Numbered from the stretch's first letter, positions 12,517 to 26,498 are shown. The stretch is DNA of 42,723 nt from Neovahlkampfia damariscottae (GCA_016618085.1 JABLTG010000166.1:1-42723), one strand, 5' to 3'. Numbers and translations are program-made. The notes: generated by a model not told the origin, from the sequence alone.

Positions 12517-12833
12517 ATAAAAATCAATTTTTAGAATATAACAAAAACTTTTTGCGCAGAATTTTTTTTTTTTATTTCTGAACTTTCTCTTTTGGTGATG
12601 TTGTTGATTGAATGAACTATCAACTGAAATTTGAAGTCAATCATCAACTTTCTTTTTAACAGCATTGCATCAAACATTTCATGAACTTCTTGTGAAAAAG
12701 AATAAGAGTCAAAACCTCAGAAGAAACCAATTTTTTGAAGAAATAAACAAAAAGAGCTTTTTTTTTTGGCAGGTCATAAGTATCTTTTTCAACCAATCAT
12801 TTAGTTATTGTTCCTCTTGTGGTTGACACATCA

Positions 12834-15800
12834 ATGGGCAACACAAAACTAAAACCATTCCAACTCTTTGAAGATTCATCAAAAGGGTTCAAATTTTGTT
12901 TCATAGTAAATGAAAAAGGAGATATTCTCTATTCAAAATACCAACAACAACAAGACAAATCAAATGAAGAAATAATTAAAGAAGAAATTATTGAAATCAT
13001 GAAAAATAACGTTACAGAAAATATCAAAATAACTTTTTTTAGATCAAATTAGGTTATTTTAAAAAATTTGAAAAGAATTTATTTTTTGTTACACACTCTT
13101 CCAAAATTTTTTATTTGGAAGAATTGGAAAAATTTTGTATTGAAGAATACATGAAAAATTATTATCCTACCACTTCTAGTGATTATGAATTCATTGAATC
13201 TTTTCATGGAAAATTATCTTCAACAGAATTTGTGGAAAAAATCAAAGCAAAATTAAATGATAGATATTTCGTTTTGAAAGCAGTTCAGTTGAAATTTCAA
13301 AAATATCCAGTATTAGAAGATCAAGTAATAAGATTTATTTTTACCTTTTGCAGTTGAATTTGATTTTGACATTGGATCATCCAAATATCATCAAAAACTT
13401 TTCTTGGTTCAAAGAAGAATTGGATGTTGTGACCATAAACGGAAATGTTAAAAACAATGATAAACTAATCAAATATCATTTGATCATGGAATTCGAAGAG
13501 AATGGTGATTTGACTAAAAATTTCCATCAATTACAGGAAGAAAAAGTATATTTTATTTTTGATTAATTTTCAAAGGATTACTTGAATTTCATCAGACAAA
13601 TTTGTTGTGGTTTAGATTATTTACATTCACAAGGATATGCACATCGTGATATCAAACCACAAAACATCTTAGTTTCAAAAAATGGATTATTGAAAATTTG
13701 TGATTTAGAAAATGTCAGAAAAATAGGAAACACAAACTCAATTGAATTTACAACTAAAACGACTGTAGGAACACCTGGTTTTATGGCTCCAGAAGTTTTT
13801 GATGGAAAATACTCGGAAAAAATTGATATTTGGGCATTAGGAAAAACTATATTACAAATGGTCCATAAAAACAATCAACATATTGAAGATGATCTAGTTT
13901 TTAGATTAATTGAAAAACAAGGAATGTCTTCTTTGTTAAGTATCGTCAAATTATGTTTAATTAAAGATCAAAACAAAAGAATATCAGCAAAAGAAATCAT
14001 TTCAGAAATTGATAAAATCAACACTTTGGATGAAGTACTTGTTCATCAAAATGTGAAAATGAACTCATTGGATCGAGTGATTTCATCAATTGATTTTGTT
14101 GAACAATTTTTACAAAAAGAAAAAAAAATCAAAGTTAAAGATGGTATTGAAGGAATTGCTGATAATTCATTAACTCATTTGGATCTTTCATGTATTTCTT
14201 TTTGTTTGAATTCCTCATTTTTTTATCAGTTTTGGAATTACGTGGCATTCGTTCAATTGCAAAATCTTTGGAATATAATACATCATTGAAAACGTTAATT
14301 CTTCATGGTACCTTCTTTTTTATTTTTTAAATCATAGATAATGAAATTAAAAATATAGAACCTCTGGGATTTTTATTGGAATTGAATAATTCATTGTCTG
14401 CTTTGGATCTACGTTGTAAATTCATCTTTTTTTTGAATTCATTTTTTCATCAGGTAACAAAATTACAGATATCAATTTATTTGGAAATTCATTGAAAATA
14501 AATAATTCAATCACAAAATTATCTCTTTGTGGTAAGAGTGAATTTCAATTTCAATTTTATCTTAGATAACAAAATTCAAAACATTGAATCCATTGCTAAA
14601 TCACTGGAAACCAATAAATCAATTACCATGTTAAATCTTTCATGCAATCAAATTGAAGATGTTGATTCCATTGGAAAATCATTGAAAAACAATTCAACTT
14701 TGATTGAACTATATCTTGGGGGAAATAAGATTACAAATATTGATTTTCTTTCATATGCATTGAGAAAGAATAATTCATTGGAAATACTTTATCTTTCAGG
14801 TAAATGATAGACTTTTAAAATAACTTTTCATTTAGAAAATAAAATTGATAATGTTTCTTCTTTTGGTGAAACTATTGAAATGAACACTAAATTAAAAGAA
14901 ATTCATCTTAATGGTAATGAAATTTTTGGTTTAAATTCTTTTTTTAGATAATAAAATCGTTGGTATAAGTTCAATTGGAAAGGCTATTGAAAATAACCAT
15001 TCTTTAATAAGATTATCACTTCATGGGAATGAAATTACAGAAGTTGATTCTCTTGCAAAATCATTGGAGAAAAATACAAGTTTGAAATATCTCAAACTTT
15101 CAGGTAATTAATTCAAAGATTTAACTTTCAAAAGGGAATAAAATTAAAAATATTGATTTAATTGCAAAATCTTTGGAAAAAAATAACTCACTAAGAAGAT
15201 TATATCTTTCAAGTAATTTCATTTTTTATTTTTGAATTTTTTTAGACAATCAAATCAAAAACATTGATTTCATTGGAAAATCATTGGAAAAGAACACTTC
15301 ATTAGGTTTATTAGATCTTCAACGTAATTCCATTTTTTTTTATTTTTTGACTTTTTCAAGAAAATGAAATTAAAAATGTTGATTCAATTGGAAAAGCACT
15401 TGAATTCAATACTTCCTTAACTGAATTAGATCTTCTGAGTAAGTTTATTTTCATCATTGAATTCATCAAGACAATCAAATTTCAAATATAGACATTATTG
15501 GAAAATCACTAAAAAAAAACAAAACATTGAAAGAATTATTCCTTGGAGGAAATGAAATTTCTAAAATTGATATGATTGAAAAATCATTGGAGGAAAATAA
15601 TACATTAGAATTATTAGATCTCTCAGAAAATAAAATTGAAAAATTGAACTTGAAGAACAATACATCATTGAAATCATTATACATCAATGGTAACTTCATC
15701 AAAATTTATTTTTTCATTTAGATAATAAAATTGATAATATTGATTGTATTGGTGCGATATTAGAAAAAAGTGAAGTATTAACAAAAATATACCTGTCATG

Positions 15801-17917
15801 TAAGTGTCACCTTTTGTATTGATGTTCAAGATAATGAAATTTCGAATGTTGATCTTTTTGGAAAATCATTAAAAAATAATAGATCATTGACAGAATTAGA
15901 TCTTTCTTGTAAATTTTTTTTATTTAAAATAACTTGTTTGAATAGATAATAAGATTGAAAATATTGATTCACTCGCAAAATCAATAGGTCAAAATAATCG
16001 ATTGGTTAAATTATATCTATCATGTAACATTATTTTTTTATTTTTATGTTTAGACAATAAAATCAAATCAATTGATGATTTTGCTGAATCTTTAGAGAAA
16101 AATGATCATTTGAAGGAGTTGTATCTCAACAGTTTTAATTTTTGTTTTTTTTTTACTTTCAATAGACAATAAAATTGAAAATGTCGATCAAATTGGAAAA
16201 TCGTTAAATAGTAATGAATCCTTAATGATATTGAATCTTTGGAGTAATATTTTATTTCATTTAATTTGCAGGGAATAAAATCACGAACGTGGATTTCATT
16301 GGTGAATCATTGAAAAACAACAAATCATTGACTGTTTTGGATCTTTTGAGTAAAATTAATTTCTTTCTCATTTTTTGATAAGATAATCAAATTACAAAGG
16401 TAAGTTCTATTGGTGAATCTTTAGAAAAAAACACAACTTTAAAGGAATTACATCTTGGAGGGAATGAAATTATCAATATCGATTTAATTGGAAAATCATT
16501 AAATAAAAATAAATCACTAGAAATCTTAGATCTTTCAGGTAACTTTAATATTAACTTAAAATTCAAGAAAATGAAATTAAATATTCAGATACAATTGGTG
16601 AATCTTTGAAAAATAATTCTTCATTGAAAGAATTGTATCTCAGTGGTAATTGGTTCATTTTTTAAAAAAAATATTGTTTAGATAATAATCTGAAGAATAT
16701 TGACACGATTGGTAGTGGATTAGAAAATAATACATCATTGACCAAATTACATATTTCATGTACATTTCATTTTTTTTTTATTCTTTAGTCAATGAAATTA
16801 CAAGAGTAGAAACTATTGGAAAGTCATTAGAAAAGAATAAGTCACTATTTGAATTGGATTTATCATGTTAGTGTTGTTTTTTTCTTTTTATTTTTTAGTT
16901 AATAAAATTGTGAATGTTGATTCAATTGGAACATCATTGGAAAAAAATAGATCATTAAGAGATTTAAAATTGAATAGTGAGTTCAAATGAAACATTTAAT
17001 TTTCAAGATAATCAAATTTTAAAAGTAGAAACATTGGGAAAATCATTAGAAAAGAATAATTCTTTAATCAAATTATATCTATCACGTATGAATTGTTGAA
17101 TTTATTTTTTTTAGACAATCAAATCAAAAATATTCTTTCAATCTCTAAAGCATTAGATGTCAATTCTACATTAAAGGAGTTGACTTTAAATGGTAAATGA
17201 AATGAATTTGATTAAATTTTCAAGACAATAATATTCCACAGAAGAAAACTGAAGTAGAATCATCTATGTCTAAAGTAGAATTTCCTGTTTCAATAAAGAA
17301 AAAAGATTTGAAAATAATAGTTGTTGGTGATGCTTATTCTGGGAAATCATCAATTGTTCATCGATATGTACATCAGAAATATTCAAAAGATTACGTTCCG
17401 ACAGTAAGTTATTTATAATTCCAATTAATTCAATATGAAAGATTGGTGTTGAATTTGCTTCTAAAACTGTAAAAATGGGTGATTCAATAATCAATATTCA
17501 ACTTTGGGGTAAAAAAAAGAAAAGATCCAATTAATGAAATTTTGCAGATTTGAGTGGTCAAGAAAGATTTCTTGATATTTCTAGAGTAAGATTTCAATTA
17601 CAATTTTATTATAATAGGCTTATTTTGCAGGTGCTGATGGTGCAATTATCGTTTTTAATTTGTCAACTGAATTAACTTTGGAATCACCAAAAAAATGGAT
17701 TGACCGAATTGAAAAAACAATTCAAGATCCTATACCCTGTGTTCTATTGGCAAATAAAAGTGACAGAAAAAAAGAAACTTCTGTATCTTCAAAAGAAATG
17801 GATGACTTTGTAGAACAAACAGAATTCACAGGATGGTTTGAAACAAGTTCAAAAAATAACATTGGGGTAGATAAAGCCTGTGAATTTCTAATTTCAAAAA
17901 TAAGAGAAACTTCTTAA
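12834..17917 (+). CDS. Multi-exon fusion protein: atypical Ser/Thr kinase domain, about 29 LRRs, C-terminal Rab32/38-like small GTPase
   Basis: Kinase: HPNII, HRDIKPQN, GTPGFMAPE, DIWALG. LRR exons of consensus xNxIxxIxxIxKSLExNxSLxxLxL. GTPase: GDAYSGKS, YVPTIGVEF, WDLSGQE, NKSD, WFETSSK. The kinase-LRR and LRR-GTPase junctions splice in frame. Confidence 0.85.
14229..17192 (+). repeat. Tandem exon-intron LRR array: mostly 78-nt exons separated by phase-1 introns of about 28-38 nt
   Basis: About 23 exons and about 29 repeats of 26 aa. Introns fall at the same repeat position, inside the codon before the conserved Asn. Confidence 0.88.
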
Positions 17918-17936
17918 ACTTTTTTATACCGAATTT

Positions 17937-18818
17937 TTATTTCATTGTTGAAATATTTTTGAAATTACCATCTTCACCTTCTTTCCAAAGAGTTACAGCG
18001 TTATCTGAACCTGAAACAGCTAAAATATTTCCAGTTACACTCCAACTTAATTTCCAAACAGTTCCTGGAAATTTAGGTAAAACTTGTTTTTTTATCCATT
18101 GACTTTCATCTTCTTTTGTCCATATAATGACTGTTCTGTCTTGTGAACATGAAGCAATAGTTTCATAATTTAAACCTACATTTGGTGCCCAAGCTACATC
18201 TCTAATCCAATCAGTGTGTCCTTCTAATTTTTCTTCTTCTTTCCATTTTGCATTGTTATATGTCCAAATACGCACTGCATTATCACCACCTCCAGATACA
18301 AATTTTTGTTCATTTTGAGAAAAATTAACACAATTAACACCAATTTTATGTGCTCCTTTTAAATAAGAAGTTGACCATGTAACACCATCAACACTTGTTG
18401 TAATGGAAATTGAACTATCTGAAGAAGCAGCCACCAAACATAAACCAAAATCAGGTGATGACCATGAAATTGAATTTACAGATGAATCATGTTTAAATTG
18501 TTTAATAATACTCCATACATTTGATGTTTCTTTCCAAATTATAACTTTATGATCAAATGAACAAGATGCCAAAATATTTCCAAAACTTGGATGTGCCCAT
18601 GAAACTTGCCAAACTGGACCATCATGTCTTTTTTTTAATTTTAATTTTTTTGATTACCCTTTTAAGTTCGCTAAAAGTTTTGGTTCTTCTTCGTTTGATG
18701 TATCAAAAATTTTTACGCTCCTGTCAGAAGAACAAGTAGCCATTTTTTTTCCAAAAAAATCCATTTGTATATCATGAATCATCTCCTCATGTTTGGTATC
18801 AAAACTACTTGAAGACAT
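17937..18818 (-). CDS. SEC13: COPII/nuclear pore WD40 protein Sec13
   Basis: HEEMIHDIQMDFFGKKMATCSSDRSVKIF, HDGPVWQVSWAHP, HTDWIRDVAWAPNVGL. One intron near 18630-18657. Confidence 0.95.
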
Positions 18819-18969
18819 TTTTAAAAAATTTGTTGATTGGTTGGAGACTTGTCGTAAAATGATTGGACGATTATGTAACCAATGAATGTTGAAGCGCCAA
18901 AAATTATCGTTATAAAACAGAGTGGACCAATGAAATTGCACTACAAACAAATTCTCACAAGAAAAAAAA

Positions 18970-19831
<862 letters not shown>

Positions 19832-19837
19832 AACACT

Positions 19838-20223
19838 TTATTTTTGAAGATTTCTTCTTGTTGCATCTTGTAATACTTCTGCATCTACTTCTTTTGGAGG
19901 TAAATGAATATATCTCAAAACTGAACCACGAACAAAACAGTTTGTCCTTTTTTCAAGTTAATGTTTTTTTAAACTTACAAACTGCCCTTTGAAAGTTAAA
20001 TTTTTTTTTGTTTTAAATACCAAGTATGGATGTTCTTTTTCATCCACAACTTTTATATTTTCCAATTTTACATTTAAATATTGATCAACTGAGTTGAGAG
20101 TTCCTCTGAGTATTATGTCATTCTTCAATTCTACAACTATCTCTTTACCTACTAAGGTTTTGAAAAAACTATAAAACAACTTGGAAAAAAGAGATTAGCT
20201 GCAACCAACAAATTTCTTACCAT
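19838..20223 (-). CDS. LSM2: U6 snRNA-associated Sm-like protein LSm2
   Basis: MLFYSFFKTLVGKEIVVELKND...SVDQYLNVKL...NCFVRGSVLRYIHLP. The ATG is alone in exon 1 and there is an 8-nt micro-exon at 19986-19979. Confidence 0.95.
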
Positions 20224-20413
20224 TCTGAACCAATAAAAATTAAAAAAATTCTAATTTTTAAAAATGAAATAGAAAAATAAAATAGATTGAAGGAGAAACA
20301 AAAAAAATAAAATAAAAAATAAAAAATAAAAACGATTGGATCAAACTGATGACTCAGGACATAATAGACCAATCAATGACTGTATTTTCAATCAATCAAA
20401 TCGCAGCACGAGA

Positions 20414-23400
20414 ATGAAAAGCGTTTTAGTCTGCTTCGCGTTGGTTTTATTTCTCTTTGTTTCTATGAGTGAAGCAAAGTCATGTGGACCTATACTCTGC
20501 GATTGTCCAAAAATTAGAGACCCTGTTTGTGGTGTTTCTGGAAAATCATACCAAAACAAATGTATTGCTAACTGTTATAGAGTAAAAAAAAATAAAATAA
20601 AATAACATTGAATTGTGTAGGACGTAGTGAAATCACAAGGTCTTTGTAAAGTCAAAAAAGACAAATCAACAGCGAAATGCCACTGGAAAGTATATGGACT
20701 TTATGGAAAAAGAAAATACTGTTGTGTACCAAAAAAAGGTTGCTCTTGGAGAGGTGTTGCTCATATCAGTAAACCAGTTACTAAATGTCAATGGAAAATG
20801 AGAAGTTCAACAAGAAAACAAGTTCAATGTTGTTATCACTTCAAAAAATGCATTGGAAGAAAATGTACAATTGGAAGAAAAGTATGCAAATGGACTGGTG
20901 ATTATGTTGATACTCAAAGATCAAGAGGATGTCACTGGAGAAAAGTTGGTGAATTTTCAAGAAGAAGATATTGTTGTAAACAACGTAGAACTTGTAAGAA
21001 CGGAAGAAGATGTTCAATTAAAAGAACAAAATGTCAATTTAGAGGACCTACTTATTCAAAACAATTGAAAATTAAATGTTCAATGAAAAGAGTTGGTGTT
21101 CACGGAAAAAGAAGACAATGTTGTCGTTTTTATCAAAACTGCGTCAACAAACATTGTTCATTGAAGAAATTCCCAGTAAAATCATGTTTCTGGACTGATT
21201 TCGGTATTTACACAAAAAGATTTAAAAGATGTCACTGGAAAAGATATGGAAGATTTTCAACAAGACAAAGATGTTGTGGATGGTCAAGACAATGTCGTGG
21301 TGGTGTTTGTTATACAAAAAACAAAAAATGCTACTGGAAAGGATCTGTTAAAAGAGTTATCCGTAAATCATCATGTGTTTGGAGACAAAAAACAAGAACT
21401 ACAAGACAAAAAAGATGTTGTTCATTGAAAAAAATCTGTAAAGGAAAAAGATGTAAAAAGACAAAAAAAACTTGTCAATGGGTTGGATACATTCTTACAG
21501 GAAAATGGAAACATCATTGTACTTGGAAACAAAGAAGTAGAAATGGAAGACAATTATACTGCTGTAAACATTTCAACCTTTGTAAAGGAGGTAGATGTCA
21601 AAAGAAACACAAAAAATGTTATTGGAATGGTGCTGTCTATGTTACAAATAAACAAACATTTGTTACATGGAAAAAATTTGGAAAATTTGGCAGAAGAAAA
21701 TACAAATGCACTCAATATACAAGATGTATTGGAAAGAACTGTTCACATTACAACAGAAGATGCAAGTTAGTTGGAAAAGCCATTTTTGTTGTTCCAAGAG
21801 GAAAATGTCATTATCAAAAAGTATCTCCATACTGTAAAAAAAGAGTTTGTTGTACATGGAAAAAACATTGTGTTGGAAGTAAATGTACAAAAAGAAACAA
21901 AGTTTGTAAACCTGCTTCAAAGGCTATTTGCTCATATTCAAAATACTCTTGTTCATGGAAAAAGAGAGGAAATGGTCATCAAAAACTTTGCTGTAAAATG
22001 AACAGAAAATGTTCAGGAAATGGAAAATGCGGAAAATGGAAAAAATCATCATGTAAATTTGTTGGTTTTGAAATTAAACGTAGATGGTTCCATCATTGCA
22101 AATGGAGAAGAGTTGGAAAGAACCTCAGAAGAAAAGTTTGTTGTAAACACATTGCAAGATGTCATGGATTAAAAGGATGTAAAATTCAAGCTATTGGATG
22201 TAAAAACGTTGGTGCTATTGTTAAAACACAATACTTCAATCAATGTGCTACAGTAAAAGTTGGACGTAGATATAAAAAGAAATGTTGTTTAAAAAAAAAA
22301 CAATGCAAACTTGGAGTATCATGCAAAGTCTTAACAGTAAGATGTCACTACAAAGGAAGAGGTATTAGAGTTCAAAACAAAAAACGCTGTTGGATGCAAA
22401 AATTAAGTAAATTCACAAAAAGAAAAAAATGTGTTACATGGAAAAGAGCATGCTCAAGAGGAAGATGTAGAAAAATTAACAAAAGAACATTCTTTGTTGG
22501 TGCAACTCTCTATGCTTATCCAAGATCAAAATGTTACTGGAAAAAAGTAAACAAATTCTGTAGAAGAAGATACTGCACAAGTTATGTTCAAACATGCATT
22601 AAAAAAGGAAGATGCTATAAAGCAAACAAAAAATCAAGATATATTGGAAAAGAAATTTGTTCAACTTCAAACAAAGCATGTCAATGGAAACCTTATGGTA
22701 GAATAGGAAGAAGAAAAGAATGTTGTCAATTAAAACGTGTTTGGTTTAAAAAATGCAGAAAGTGTAAAAGACAATTCAAAATGGTTAGAAGACACTGTAA
22801 ATCAGTTGGACCTGTTGTTAAAAGATCAGTGTTAAAAAGGTGTTTCCTTAAATTCTACAATCAACATGGTTCAAGAAAACAATGTTGTGATTACCTCAAA
22901 CATTGCAATGGAAGAAAATGTAGAACACATAGATTAAGTCATACATGTAAGTGGATGGGTTCAATCATTTCAAAAAGATCATACAGAAGATGTTCAATTA
23001 AAAAATATTCAAGACATTGCACAAGAAGAAGATGTTGTTCAGTATTCGCAAAATGTGTTGGTAGAAGTTGTCATAAAAAGAAAAGATGCAGATGGAGTGG
23101 ACCAAAAACATGTTATCACTTCAAAAACATCTGTTCATGGAGAAACAAAAATTCAACAATCAAACAAAAAAGATGTTGTTATTCAACTTATAAATGTGTT
23201 GGTAAATTATGTCAAATGAAATCATCAAGATGTAAATGGACTGGATTTGCTATTAAAACAAAATCAAAACATGCTTGTAAATGGAAATCAATTGGAAAAT
23301 ACTCCAGAAGAAAACAATGTTGTCACTTTAAAAGAACATGTCATAAACATAAATGTAAAAAACATTCACATAAATGTAAATTTGTTGGACCAACAATTAC

Positions 23401-24193
23401 AAGAATTTATTTTTCAAAATGTCAATGGGCTAGAAGAGGATCATTCAAAAGAAGAAGACAATGTTGTACATTCTCAAAAAGATGTGAAAATGATAAATGC
23501 TCAACAAGAAAAATTTATTGTAAATTCACAACTGGAATTCTTTATCACGGATGTAGATGGAGAAGAATTGCTAAATGTGTCAATTCAAGAGAAACTATTT
23601 GTCATAACAAACCTTCAACAACAAAAAACAAACTTGGAGACTTTACACTTTTAAAGAACAAAAGAAAATTCCAATTAGTTGTTAGACAAAGAAAAGTTCA
23701 TGGAAAAATCATCACAGAAAGATTTGTTGTTACAAATTTCCATAAAGATGTGGTTGAAGTTTTAACAGAAGATAAAATTGTTGTGAATGGAAAACAAATT
23801 CAAAAATTACAAGTTGGTCAACAAATGACACTTCCACATCAATTCATCATTAAAAAACCAATTGCTGATAAAATCGAAATAACTTATCAAAAATACAAAG
23901 TTGTAGCTTCATTTGAAAAATCAACACACAATATTAAATTATCTGCTGAATATCCAAGATCAAAACATTTGAGAGGTGCTTGTGTTGATAACAGAAGAGT
24001 TCATAGATCAAAACGTTTATTTAGAAATGAATATAATCCAATCTTTCCACAATCCAAAAGTGTTAAATTTTCAGCAAAAGATCGTCAAAATGCTTTGAAA
24101 AAATGTCAAGATGGAAAAGTTAATGAACATCATTTGAAATTGTGTACTCACGAAGTTTTACACTACAACAAGAGTAGATATCTCAAAAAATAA
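20414..24193 (+). CDS. Secreted protein of about 1246 aa: signal peptide, Kazal domain, about 20 basic Cys/Trp-rich repeats, possible vWD-like C-terminus
   Basis: Intron 20582-20620 completes the Kazal motif CPKIRDPVCGVSGKSYQNKCIANCYRDVVKSQGLC. Repeats follow CxWx(7-9)RxCCx5Cx4Cx6CxWxG. The tail has GDFTLLK and LRGAC. Confidence 0.85.
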
Positions 24194-24272
24194 AAAATTT
24201 TTTAATTATTTTTTTTTCGTCGAGTTTTAACAACAAAATAAAAAAACTGGTCATCAGTTTGATCCAATCAGA

Positions 24273-26369
24273 ATGTTTTTTCGATTTCTTATTTTTCTTT
24301 CATTTTTTGTTCACATTTTAGTATCAAAAAATGTTGATTCAACAATAATTATAATGAAAGAGTTTCCAACTTTTGAAAAATTTCAACACTTAAATTTTGA
24401 AGAAAAAGGAAGAGAGATTTTTAGAGAACTTAACACAAATTTTGAGAATTCAAAATTACTACTGTCTCCATTTCTTTTGTCCTATTCAAATGTTCAATTC
24501 TTATGGTAAAAGATTTTTGAATGAACTAAATTATGATATACAGGATTTGTAACTGCTTCATAATACCACAAAGTGTTGAAAAAATACAAATACCAAAAGA
24601 ATTTAGTAACAAAATATTGAAAGTTATGCCATATAAAACATTAAAGAACTATTTAAGACCTGAAGAGAATAAAAATACATTTTCAAATTCTACATCTTCA
24701 TGGAATTTAGATTTTGTATTAGCACAAGAATTTTGGAAGAGAAATATCACTGGAAAAGGGTACATAAAAATAATGAAATGTTTTTAACATTATTTGAAAG
24801 AATAACAATTGGTAATATTGATACAGGCGTTGATTTCAATATTGAAGTTTGTTTGAAATGAAATTTAATGTTTTTTTACAATAAGGGATTAAAAAGAAAG
24901 TATAGAGGATATATTGATGAAAATAATGTAAAACATGATCAAAATTGGTATGACGGTGTTCGTTCCGGATCCAATAGTGTATGCCCACCACCAAGTTCAG
25001 TACCATGTACTCATTTGTAACAATTGTATTGATTTTTATTAGGTGATGACTATTCTCATGGAACTGAGACTATGTCAACAATTTTAGGATCAGATTCAAA
25101 AAATATTATGGGTGCATCTTTAAATGCTAATTGGATTTCATGCAGAGGTAATTTGAATCAATTAAAAATGAAATAGGGTTTAATAATGGTAATCCAGTCA
25201 GTGGTTCACTTGAAACTTGTTTACAATTCATGTTTGCACCAACAAATTTAGATGGAACGAATCCAGACACCAATAAGCGACCAGATATCATTAATCATTC
25301 TTATGGAGTTCCAAATTCTATTTCACTTGAGAGATCATTTGAAGTGTTATATAATTCTGGAATTATGAATGTTGCTGCCATTGGAAATACAGGTAGTTGT
25401 GGTTTTAGTACAATACCAGGATCATATAAGAATGTTTTAACAATTGGTGCGACTGCTTATAAAGTTATTTCACTTGCTAGTTTTTCAACAAGAGGTCCTA
25501 CATCTCTTTATCAAGATTATTTAATCAAACCTGATTTGGGTAAAATATTCGATATTTTATTCAAATATTTTAGTCGCTCCAGGAGAAAGTATTACAACAT
25601 TTTCAAAAAATAATATCATAAAGACAATTAGTGGTACATCATTTTCATCACCTCTAGTTTCAGGATTAATTGGATTAATATGGTCATTCAATACAGAATT
25701 AAAATATAATTTCAAAATAACTAGAGAATATATTATTAATAATACTCAAAAAATTGAAGATAATTCATGTTCTTCAACTAATTCTCATCCTAATTTAGTT
25801 TATGGTATTATAAATTTAATTAAATCTAAAATGAAGGATATGGATTAATAAACTCATTAAAAATGTATAATTCAATTTCAAACATGACTTATTGCTATAA
25901 TAAATCAAATTTCAATCCAAATGGTAATTTCAAAATATTGTTTAAAATTCAAATAGTTTGTTCATCCAATGGGATTTGTAAATTAAATAACAAATGTGAA
26001 TGTAACAAAGGGTATTATGGAAATGAATGCGAATTTATGGAATGCTTTAATCAAACAGATAACAGATGTTCTTCAAATGGTAATTGTACGAAACCTAATA
26101 TTTGTGAATGTAAAAGGGGTTATGCTGGTTTGATTTGTTCAAATATTATTTGTTTTAATGAATCAAATCCACTCAATACATGTTCTTCAAAAGGTAATTG
26201 TACTAAACCTGATACTTGTGAATGTAAGGATGGATTTATTGGTAAAAATTGTGAAATTGAATTGAAAGTTTCAAAATTATTTAATTCAACAATTGCTTCA
26301 TTATCGTCATCATATGAATTCTCAATTTGTAATTTGTTAATATTTATTGGTATATTATTCTTCACATAG
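24273..26369 (+). CDS. Subtilisin-like (S8) serine protease with EGF-like repeats and hydrophobic C-terminus
   Basis: Catalytic triad motifs IGNIDTG, DDYSHGT and SGTSFSSPLV. Signal peptide, three EGF-like units, C-terminal hydrophobic stretch and several introns. Confidence 0.87.
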
Positions 26370-26498
26370 GGCGTATTAGTAGATCGATGAACTATCTGAG
26401 ATGATTGAAAAATACAGATTTGGTTTAAAAGATCAATTTCTGACTCAAGGAAATCTGAAATTGTAGATGAACTTGAAGATTGGATTCCAAGGATTTTG

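Noticed and set aside
14229..17192. Regularly spaced repeats as a CRISPR-like or satellite array
   Set aside because: The periodicity is explained by LRR exons and GT-AG introns. Units are conserved at protein, not DNA, level.
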